DNA of 62,483 nucleotides from an uncultured bacterium (GTDB taxonomy: Bacteria; Nitrospirota; Thermodesulfovibrionia; Thermodesulfovibrionales; CALJEL01): assembly GCA_938074335.1 (NCBI GenBank), contig CALJEL010000044.1, forward strand, positions 1-62,483, given 5' to 3'. Positions within the stretch are counted from its first letter, which is position 1. The number at the start of each line of letters is the position of its first letter. Positions 9,084-17,600 of this stretch are shown piece after piece. The notes beneath the pieces were generated by a model. The model saw only the letters and a list, made by a program, of their open reading frames with translations, ran no database searches and was not told where the DNA came from. The position numbers and the translations under genes were made by a program.

Positions 9084-9305
9084 CCGAAAAGTGCCGATAG
9101 AAATTTATAATAATCTTTTCAACAAAACTGGCAGGCTGCCGAAAAGGCTTTACCTGCGACACCTTAATGTAAAATATCTAATAAGCTTACTATACATACC
9201 TGACTTCACCTTGTGGGTAAAGACCTCTTGCTACATGATAAATAAAAATCGTCGCATTGTAAAGACTTTGAGGTAGCCTGCCAGTAGGGTATCGGCAAAA
9301 TAGGG
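9084..9305. repeat. Composite repeat element, copy R2 (near-identical inverted copy of 53144-53366)
   Basis: It aligns end to end with the reverse complement of 53144-53366. By eye I count about 8 substitutions and one 1-nt indel. It contains AAAACTGGCAGGCTGCC ... GGTAGCCTGCCAGT inverted ends, CCTGCGACACCTTA and AAGACTTTGAGG. Confidence 0.9.
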
Positions 9306-9538
9306 ACTTTGAAAACGACCCGTAATCTGACGAAGAAATATATTTTAAATAGTACGACAGTACGACTGTGCGACTGTGTCGCTCTATAGCCTATCGCACT
9401 CTAGCTCTGTAACACTGGTGTGAGGCATACCGCACCATTCTGCCAGGAGTTCACGGACGATAGAGGTGGCCACACAGTATCATTGCACTATATAAGGCCG
9501 CCCTGTAAAGAACAGGGGCAACTATTTTAGTTGCCCGT

Positions 9539-9556
9539 AAAAAGGCAGGAACTGCC
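9539..9556 (-). terminator. Putative intrinsic terminator downstream of the PilZ/J-domain gene
   Basis: On the minus strand: GGCAG-TTC-CTGCC followed by TTTTT. A second perfect 9-bp hairpin, GGGCAACTA-N3-TAGTTGCCC, lies at 9516-9536. Confidence 0.5.
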
Positions 9557-9610
9557 CCACTTCATAGACTTTCTACCGGTAATCTACAGGCTTAAGACCG
9601 AACTCTTTAC

Positions 9611-11284
9611 TTAGCCACAGGCTTCAAGTCCTTCCTTTGCCCTTTTATGAGCTGGTGAGATATTCAATGCCCTCTCAAAGGTCTTCTTTGCCCTTAACTT
9701 CATGTCAAGCCTGAGATAGAGATAACCAAGTTCCGTAACATAATCAGGATTATCAGGCACGAGCTCTATTGCCTTAAGCAAGGCTCGCTCAGCCTCTTTA
9801 TATTTACCCGCCTCTCTAAGGGCAAGGCCGTAATAAAAGTGATATCTGGGTTTAGCAGCATCAAGATATACCGCCTGGCCAAAGGCTGTCACTGCATCAG
9901 TGTAAGCCTTCCTTTGATAAAGCTCCATGCCCTCCTGAAATCTCTGAAATGCTGTATCAGTCTGTTCTGAAGTTCTGGAAAGACCTGAATCGTACTCCTG
10001 TCTCTTCGATTTATCACTGAGGACTGTATAGGCAAGGTTTATCCTTTTAAATATACTTGATAATTTATTTTTTAGATCATCATGACCTATTTTAAAATAT
10101 CTGTCCGGGTGAAATCTTTTAACAAGCCTGTAGTATGCCCTTTTAAGCTCATCACTGGATGAATCCCTTTTAAGGCCAAGTATCTCATAATGTGTCATGC
10201 TTTCACATCTCTGATAAAGATCCTCAACCTCTTTAAGGAATTCAGCATCAATATCACTATTTCTGAGGACCTCATCCATTGATACTGTCTCCTCCCTGTC
10301 AGTCTCCGCTACAGATTCTTTTAATTCTATTATCCTTGTACACAAAAGGGCATAAATGGTCTTTAATGTCTCAAACTGGTTTAAGCCTGAGCTTTTAATT
10401 ATATCATTAATCGTGTTTTTACCATCAACAAGCAGTAAGATCTTCCTGTCGTCTTCATCAAGAGATATGTCCTGAAAAAGATGATAGGGATCAGCTGAAG
10501 GAACGGTTACTGCATTAAGGTCATGACGCTCAGATCTTATGAACTGAAAACTCCCTATAGACTTTATCCCTCTATATATAAGATTTGCAAGGCTCAACTT
10601 CAAGGTTATTATTTCATTTACAGGAAGAGGTCCTTCCCTGAATTCAAAGGTTCCGGTAAGGAGTTTAAAGGTGTTCTTTATCATCTCCTCAATCTGCTGT
10701 CTCACGAGTCTGGGGAGATCTTCAACCTTTAGATAACCTGCCTCTACAAGAACAGCTCCCTGCCTCTTACCTGTTTTTTTCATGAGCTCTACAGAGTGAT
10801 TATAGGCATCTATGGTTATAATACCCTGCTTGAGGAGGAACTCTCCCAGCCTTTCATCTTCAATATTAGAACGGGCAAAGATAGGATCTCCTGATTTTAT
10901 ATATATGGTCTTTTTAATCTCATCAGACTGTATGTCAAGTACCCCTGTTTTCCCAGCCCTCTTGATACCTATCAGTAAATCCCAGAGCCTGTAAATACTT
11001 AAATCTCCCGTTATTGGGCCATCAATAGCAATTCCTGTATTGTCACCTGAGACCCAGACTACATGACCCTTAAGATGATGTCTGTCTATAATTATCTCTA
11101 CAGGCTCATGTGGAGTAAGTACAGGTCTCATCTTTATCCTTATCCCAAAGGGAGAATAATCAATGAGCCTCAATTGATAGGTCTCCTTACCCCTTATCAG
11201 GGTGACAGGTGTCTCTTTTTTATATCTCCTGTATCTCCTCTTTTCATCTATTAGTTTCACGCCTGATTTTGTCTCAAGGGGCAT
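9611..11284 (-). CDS. PilZ - DUF4388 - J-domain (DnaJ) - TPR multidomain protein
   Basis: PilZ motifs RRYRR (RxxxR) and DYSPFG (DxSxxG) are at the N-terminus. A DUF4388-like block follows (GVLDIQSDEIKKTIYIKSGDPIFARSN...LGEFLLKQGIIT). The J-domain is HYEILGLKRDSSSDELKRAYYRLVKRFHPDR. C-terminal TPRs include YHFYYGLALREAGKYKEAERALLKAIEL. Confidence 0.85.
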   Translation of the reverse strand: MPLETKSGVKLIDEKRRYRRYKKETPVTLIRGKETYQLRLIDYSPFGIRIKMRPVLTPHEPVEIIIDRHHLKGHVVWVSGDNTGIAIDGPITGDLSIYRLWDLLIGIKRAGKTGVLDIQSDEIKKTIYIKSGDPIFARSNIEDERLGEFLLKQGIITIDAYNHSVELMKKTGKRQGAVLVEAGYLKVEDLPRLVRQQIEEMIKNTFKLLTGTFEFREGPLPVNEIITLKLSLANLIYRGIKSIGSFQFIRSERHDLNAVTVPSADPYHLFQDISLDEDDRKILLLVDGKNTINDIIKSSGLNQFETLKTIYALLCTRIIELKESVAETDREETVSMDEVLRNSDIDAEFLKEVEDLYQRCESMTHYEILGLKRDSSSDELKRAYYRLVKRFHPDRYFKIGHDDLKNKLSSIFKRINLAYTVLSDKSKRQEYDSGLSRTSEQTDTAFQRFQEGMELYQRKAYTDAVTAFGQAVYLDAAKPRYHFYYGLALREAGKYKEAERALLKAIELVPDNPDYVTELGYLYLRLDMKLRAKKTFERALNISPAHKRAKEGLEACG

Positions 11285-11298
11285 CTTGCTAACACTAC

Positions 11299-12219
11299 CT
11301 ATAAACTCTTTACTGTATTAATCAGGGTATCCCTGTCTTCTACATTATAGACCTTTACATCAGGACATATCCTTTTTATCAAGCCTGATAATACCTTACC
11401 TGGACCTATCTCAACAAAGGTATGAACACCCACCTTGTACATATTCCTTACAGAATCCTCCCAGAGCACTCCTGAATGGAGCTGCCTTAATAAGGCATCT
11501 TTTATTGAAGAGGCATCTGTCCTTGCAATACCATCCACATTACTTACAACAGGTATCAATGCATTATTAAAATTGAATTTTGTAAAAAATTCACCAAGTT
11601 TCTCTGATGCCTTAAGCATCAGTTTTGAATGAGATGGGACACTCACAGCAAGCGTTACCGCTCGCTTTGCACCCTTTTGCTTCAGCTCCTCTACTGCCTC
11701 AAGTACCGCACCCCTTTCACCAGAAATAACTATCTGACCCGGGCAATTGTAATTTGCGGGTGCCACATATCCTGACTTTATATTCCTGCATACATCCTCA
11801 ACTACCTCTCTCTGAAGACCCAGTATGGCTGCCATCAGGCCTTTACCTTCAGGCACAGCATCCTCCATGAAAAGACCCCTTTTTTCAACGATACTCACAC
11901 AATCTCTGAATCCAAGCACTCCTGCAGAAACACAGGCAGTATATTCTCCAAGGCTATGACCTGCAACCATTGAAGGTCTTTTATTATTAAGTTCCATTAA
12001 TCTCAGAGCTGCAACACTTACTGTAAGAATAGCAGGTTGAGTCTTTGATGTCCTGTCAAGAACCTCTCTGGGACCTTCAAAGCAGAGTTTCTCCATATCA
12101 TAACCGAGGACATCTGATGCCTCTTTAAAGACCTCCCTTGTCTCAGGAAAATTTTCATAGAGATCCTTTCCCATCCCCACATACTGGGAACCCTGACCCG
12201 GAAAAACAAAGGCAATCAT
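11299..12219 (-). CDS. fabD: Malonyl-CoA:ACP transacylase
   Basis: FVFPGQGSQYVGMG and the GHSLGEY active-site serine motif. The start overlaps the etfA stop (ATGA). Confidence 0.92.
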   Translation of the reverse strand: MIAFVFPGQGSQYVGMGKDLYENFPETREVFKEASDVLGYDMEKLCFEGPREVLDRTSKTQPAILTVSVAALRLMELNNKRPSMVAGHSLGEYTACVSAGVLGFRDCVSIVEKRGLFMEDAVPEGKGLMAAILGLQREVVEDVCRNIKSGYVAPANYNCPGQIVISGERGAVLEAVEELKQKGAKRAVTLAVSVPSHSKLMLKASEKLGEFFTKFNFNNALIPVVSNVDGIARTDASSIKDALLRQLHSGVLWEDSVRNMYKVGVHTFVEIGPGKVLSGLIKRICPDVKVYNVEDRDTLINTVKSL

Positions 12220-13412
12220 AGTCCTTTAAGCTCCTTTATCTTTTTTATCAAGAGAGGCACTATCTCATAAACATCTCCTACAATACCGTAGTTAGCAACA
12301 TTAAATATGGGTGCCTCTGGATTCTTGTTTATTGCAACTATTATATCAGAGGACTGCATACCCACAAGGTGCTGCACGGCACCCGATATACCACAGGCAA
12401 TATAAAGCTTCGGACATACGGTCTTTCCTGTTTGACCGATCTGATGACTGTAGGATATCCATCCTGCATCAACAGCAGCCCTTGATGCACCCACCACTCC
12501 ACCAAGCAAAGCAGCAAGTTCTTCAAGGAGTTTGAAGCCCTTTGCATCACCGAGACCTCTTCCACCAGATACTATAACCTCAGCCTCTTGAAGGTTCACG
12601 CTCAGCTCAGATACCTCTTTTACTGTATCTATTACCTTTGTCCTTGAAGAAAGGTTGTCTGGTTTTACATAAATTATGTCTCCTTTTCTTGAAGGGTCTG
12701 GCTCAAGCCTCTTCATAACCCTCGGTCTTACTGTTGCCATCTGGGGTCTTCTGTTAGGAGTTATTATAGTTGCCATGATGTTTCCACCGAAGGCAGGTCT
12801 TGTCTGAAGAAGGTTTCCTGTCCCTGGTTCGATATCAAAGGCTGTACAATCTGCAGTGAGCCCTGCCCTGAGTATTGCAGCAACCCTCGGAAAGAAAGAC
12901 CTTCCAATGGGGGTAGCACCTGCAAGGACTATCTCGGGTTTGTGAGTATTTATCAAAAAGGCAAGAAGCCTTGCATAGGGTTCGTCATTAAATCTTTCAA
13001 GTAATGGCTCCTGAGCAAGATAAACCCTGTCTGCACCATATTTAATCAGCTCCCTGGCACTCTCCTCTGAACTACCAAAAAGTACAGCAGATAGTTCAAC
13101 ACCGAGGGTATCAGCAAGTCTTCTTCCAGCACCGAGAAGCTCAAAGGCAACAGAGGCTACCTTACCATTCCTCTGCTCTGCAAAGACCCAGACACCTCTA
13201 TAGGCTGAAGGCTCAGCTACAGTAACACCTTCACCCTCTTCCATTACCTCAATAATTGCACCTTCAGGACATACACTGAGGCATGCCCTGCAGAGCTGAC
13301 AGTATTCTGTAATAAAGGCCTTGCCTTCCTTCATCACTATAGCGGTGTAGGGACAGGAACTCACACAGGTTTCACAACCTGAACATATCTCACTTCTTAC
13401 AACTATCCTCAT
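12216..13412 (-). CDS. etfA: Electron transfer flavoprotein alpha subunit with an N-terminal 2x[4Fe-4S] ferredoxin domain
   Basis: The N-terminus has CSGCETCVSSCP and CQLCRACLSVCP. The C-terminus (GGRGLG..., SRAAVDAGW, QIGQTGKTV.PKLYIACGISGAVQH) is the EtfA FAD-binding domain. Confidence 0.9.
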   Translation of the reverse strand: MRIVVRSEICSGCETCVSSCPYTAIVMKEGKAFITEYCQLCRACLSVCPEGAIIEVMEEGEGVTVAEPSAYRGVWVFAEQRNGKVASVAFELLGAGRRLADTLGVELSAVLFGSSEESARELIKYGADRVYLAQEPLLERFNDEPYARLLAFLINTHKPEIVLAGATPIGRSFFPRVAAILRAGLTADCTAFDIEPGTGNLLQTRPAFGGNIMATIITPNRRPQMATVRPRVMKRLEPDPSRKGDIIYVKPDNLSSRTKVIDTVKEVSELSVNLQEAEVIVSGGRGLGDAKGFKLLEELAALLGGVVGASRAAVDAGWISYSHQIGQTGKTVCPKLYIACGISGAVQHLVGMQSSDIIVAINKNPEAPIFNVANYGIVGDVYEIVPLLIKKIKELKGL

Positions 13413-13504
13413 TTTCAGTTTCCTCCTTTAAACTTCAGAGCAGCAGACCGGAGTTTGAATGGCACTACTGCTCTAATTCAGCCTATCGTCTGAAGCACCT
13501 CCTA

Positions 13505-14293
13505 CTACAGGAACTGACATTTAAGGCCCTTTAATTCCTCTATAAGTTTCTGCACCTGTTCCTCTGGAGAGCCCTCAAGCATCTTTTTTTCCTTCTTCAA
13601 TTCAGGAGCAAATATCCTTTTTACCTGTGTTGGTGAACCCTTAAGACCAATTAGTGACTCCTCTGCCTCTATGTCCTTTGCTGTGAGTCTTTTGATCTCT
13701 GCCTTCTTTGCAGCCATCTTTCCTCTTAAGGATGGAAGCCTTGGTTCATTTAACTCCTTCACAACAGTAATGAGAACAGGTAAAGAGGCCTCTACAATAT
13801 CATATCCCTCCTCCATTAACCTCTCAACTATTATGGAATCTTCTGTGATGGAATCTATCTTCCTTACATAAGCCACATGGGGGATATCTAAGAACTCTGC
13901 CAGCTCAGGTCCCACCTGGGCTGTATCACCATCAATTGCCTGCTTTCCACATATAATAATATCTGCACCGATCTTATTTATTGCCCTTGAGAGTGTATAG
14001 GCAGTAGCCCATGTATCAGCACCCGCAAAGGCCCTGTCTGTAAGAAGTACTGCCTCGTCTGCACCCATGGAAAGGGCATCCCTCAATGCCTGCTCTGCCT
14101 GTGGTGGTCCCATAGTAATAACTGTGACCTTGCCTCCGAGTTTTTCCTTTATTTGAAGACCTGCCTCTATCGCATGAAGGTCATAGGGATTTATTATACT
14201 TGGAACCCCATCCCTTATCAGGGTACCTGTCTCAGGGTTTATCCTTACCTCTGCAGAATCAGGCACCTGTTTGATACAGACAACAATATTCAT
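13505..14293 (-). CDS. etfB: Electron transfer flavoprotein beta subunit (bifurcating-type sequence features)
   Basis: MNIVVCIKQVPD...GTLIRDGVPSIINPYD...ITMGPPQA...RAFAGADTWATAYTL...GKQAIDGDTAQVGP closely resembles EtfB of the clostridial/Acidaminococcus bifurcating Etfs as I remember them. Confidence 0.9.
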   Translation of the reverse strand: MNIVVCIKQVPDSAEVRINPETGTLIRDGVPSIINPYDLHAIEAGLQIKEKLGGKVTVITMGPPQAEQALRDALSMGADEAVLLTDRAFAGADTWATAYTLSRAINKIGADIIICGKQAIDGDTAQVGPELAEFLDIPHVAYVRKIDSITEDSIIVERLMEEGYDIVEASLPVLITVVKELNEPRLPSLRGKMAAKKAEIKRLTAKDIEAEESLIGLKGSPTQVKRIFAPELKKEKKMLEGSPEEQVQKLIEELKGLKCQFL

Positions 14294-14380
14294 CTTCCAC
14301 CTCCAGATCCTGAGTGAATAATAAATTACATTTTACCATAACTATCTAATTGAATGAACCTGTAAGATCCGCCCGAAAAG

Positions 14381-14692
14381 AGCTAATAGAAATGCATTTT
14401 CAATGGCGTGGTATGCCTCAAAGTCTTCTTAGACCAGCAGAGCAGTAGAGCAAGTAGCACAGACATTCTTGTCTGTGGCTTACGCAGCAGTTTTTATTAA
14501 TAGACCAGCAGAGCAGTAGAGCAGTAGCTACAACAGTGCGATAGTGCTACAGTGCGACAGTGCTAAAGTAGTGAGTTAGCATGCAAGTGAGCTAAAGTAG
14601 TGAGTTAGTATGCAAGTGAATTAGTGAGTTAGGATTCACTAATTCACTAACTCACTAACTCACTAATTCACTAATTCACTAATTCACTAACT
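14381..14692. repeat. Composite hairpin repeat element, copy R3
   Basis: GCTAATAGAA...TGCCTCAAAGTCTTCTTAGACCAGCAGAGCAGTAGAGC, then GTGCGACAGTGC words, then two tandem 29-nt units (14562-14590 and 14591-14619), then seven tandem 8-nt units YTCACTAA (14635-14690) that pair with the preceding TAGTGARTTAG words. Confidence 0.85.
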
Positions 14693-17600
14693 TACCATCT
14701 CTACCCTGTCTCTTCCTTTTTCCTTGGCAAGTCTGAGCGCCCTTTCTGCACAATGGAGTAATTCCTCCGGTGATTGACCTCTGAATTCAGCAACTCCTAT
14801 GCTCACCGTAAACTTACCCTTTGGCTGTATCTCCTCATGGATAAAGGGATATTCCCTGATCATGTTGAGAAATCTTCTTGATATCTGAAGGGCAGGTTCA
14901 GGAAGTGTGTTTGTAAAGATTATTACAAAGGCATCCTCTCCATACCTGCATACCACATCAGAGCCCCTCAGATTCTTTTTCAGAATCTCAGCAATCTTTT
15001 TAAGGACAATATTCCCATGATATATACCCTGTTTGCTCACATAATGAGCGAAATGATCTATGTCTATAAGGGATATAACAAGGGGTATCTTATATCTCCT
15101 TGACCTCAAACACTCCTGTGCAAGTCTCAACTGAAAATATCTGAAATTGAATAAACCGGTGATCTCATCAATAAGACCTGCCCTTTTTGGATAAAGAAGC
15201 TCCAGCTCCCTTAAATGGCTCAGGAGTTCCTTTGAGCTCAGGGCATCCTTGCTGAGAAGCCTCTCTATCAGGCCTGTAACCTTTATCCTCTCATCCATGG
15301 GAAGGTCACTGTCTGCAAGACCAAAAATAAGTGCATCCTTCGTGGCAGGAGTTTCTCTCAGAGATTGTATGAAAGAGGCGATCGCCTCACCCATGGTAAG
15401 GTCAACAATTACCACATGAGGTCTTATCATAAGTGAAGCCTTCAGCGCCTCCTCAGGGTCTCTATAGTGATGAAATATAAAACCCTCTGATTCAGTCATT
15501 TCTTTGAGATTTGTCCTGCATCTATCATCCTCTGTAACAACAAAGATATTTACTGGCAATCTCTTTCTCTTATGGAGATAAGAAAGTTCACCAAGTTTTT
15601 TGAGGAATAAGGCCTTATCAGCAGGCTTTACAATGTAATCAGTTGCACCAAGTGCAAAGGCAAGTTCCCTTTCTTCAAGGATGGAATGGATAATCACAGG
15701 TATATCCGAGGTAGAGGGATCACCCTTCAATGCCTGAAGCACCTCCCAGCCATCCTTTCCAGGAAGCATAATGTCAAGAATTACGGCAAAGGGTTGAAGC
15801 TCTCTTACGAGTCTAAGAGCCTCGATGCCATCTCTTGCATACTCTACCCTGTAGCCACCCTCCTTAAGATAAATACCAATAAGTTCTGCTGTGGAAGGTT
15901 CATCCTCGGCTATAATCACAAGAGGAGATTCTTTCTCAAACTCTGGTTGTGATATCTTCTTTTTTAAGGTCTCTATGAGCTCAGGTGCTGCTGATGGTAA
16001 GTAGACATGAAAACGGGTTCCCCTCTGAGGAAGGCTTTCAAGGTCTATATATCCACCATGAAGTTCAACAAGTTTTTTTGTCATTGGAAGCCCGAGACCC
16101 GTCCCCTCAATAGCACGGGAAGGATCAAGTTGCTCAAACTCCTCAAATATCCTTTCTTTGTGTTCCTCCGGTATGCCAATACCTGTATCCCATACAGTAA
16201 TCTTGAGAAATTTCCTCCCTGATGGTGCCCATGGAAAGGGACTGATCACATATTCAGCCTCTATTCCAACATTGCCGCCCTCTGGTGTAAACTTAACAGC
16301 ATTACTGAGGAGATTATAAAGTATCTGTTTCATCTTCACCATGTCTGCAACAAAGTCACTCACATCAGTAGAGATCCTTACATTTATGCTGATGGACTTT
16401 TTATCTGCCTGTGGTTTCATCACAAAGACAATCTCATTTATAAGGTCAGGGATTGAAAGAGTGTCTGATACAAGGGTAATCTTTCCTGTCTCTATCTTTG
16501 CAAGGTCAAGTATATTGTTTACAAGGTGAAGGAGGTGTTTACCAGCCTGCATTATATGCTTTATATACCTCTCCTGTGTCTCATTTATATCACCATAGGT
16601 TTTATCAAGAAACAGTTCTGAATAACCCAGTATGGATGTAAGGGGAGTCCTCAGCTCATGACTCATATTTGATATAAACCTTGCCTTTGCCTGATTAGCA
16701 CGCTTGAGCTCTTCATTTATCTTTTCAAGTTCCCTGGTTCTTTCCAGCACCTTTTCCTCAAGCTGTTCATTGAGCTCCTCAAGCTCCCTGTTTTTTCTTG
16801 CAAGCTCTTCCCTTAATCTCTTCTCCTCTGTGATATCCTTGCTTATACCAACAGTTCCGATTATATTACCATCTCTATCCCTGAGCCTTGATATGGTAAG
16901 GCTTATATCAACAGGCCTGCCATCCTTTCTTAAGACCTGTGTCTCATAATTAAAGAGTGCATCCCTCTCATTAAGTATCTCCATTATCCTTTTTCTTTCC
17001 TCTGGATTGACATAGAGCTCTGCTGCGTCCTTCCCCCTGATTTCTTCCTCTGTGTATCCGAGTATCCGTTCTCCACCCTTTGAAAATTTCACTATCCTTC
17101 CTTCATTATCAGTTGTTGCTATCATGTCCTGGGAGTCTTCAAAAACAGCCTGCAGATAGGCAAGGGACTCATCAAGCTCATGTATGAGCCTGAATTTCTC
17201 TATGGCGTGGGCTGCAAAGGCAGAGAAAAGTTGAATAAGCTTCTTATGCCTGTCGGTAAATTTTCTTGGCTTGAAATCATCAAGATAAAGTATTCCAACC
17301 ACTCCACCATCTAAAAGTAAAGGACTGGCAAGGAGTGCCCTTATTCCTTCTTTCTTGATATTGGTGCCTTCAAATAAAGGGTCTTTAAGGATATCTTCCC
17401 ATTCAACAGGCTCCCTCTGACCCAATATGTATCTGCTCAGTCCTTCAGGTCTCGGTCTCCATCTCTTCTGTCTAAAAAACTCTTCGCTCAGTCCCTTGTG
17501 AGCTGCCATGACCATCTCTTCACCCTCAATAAGACTGATGCTTCCAGCAGGTGTCTCTGTGAGTGCCATGGCAGAAATGAGTATGCTCTCAAGAACCTCT

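Noticed and set aside
9061-9276. Listed 71-aa ORF (plus strand)
   Set aside because: It falls within repeat copy R2. The near-identical inverted twin at 53144-53366 has no listed ORF of 60 aa or more, so the frame does not appear to be preserved. There is no RBS.
12018-12565. Listed small ORFs nested in fabD and etfA (12018-12215, 12311-12535, 12341-12565)
   Set aside because: They are out-of-frame or antisense overlaps inside strongly supported genes, with no independent signals.
14562-14690. Possible CRISPR array suggested by the 29-nt direct repeats and the regular 8-nt units
   Set aside because: The 29-nt units are directly adjacent with no spacers. The 8-mers are simple tandem repeats forming one arm of a hairpin. 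No cas genes are in the window. The same words occur in both orientations at other loci, which fits a repeat-element family and not CRISPR.
16704-16949. 81-aa serine/leucine-rich plus-strand ORF, and similar antisense ORFs such as 25248-25670, 22730-23140, 23575-24102 and 51246-51506
   Set aside because: All lie antisense within long, well-supported genes. They have low-complexity composition typical of the shadow frames of K/E-rich or hydrophobic coding regions.
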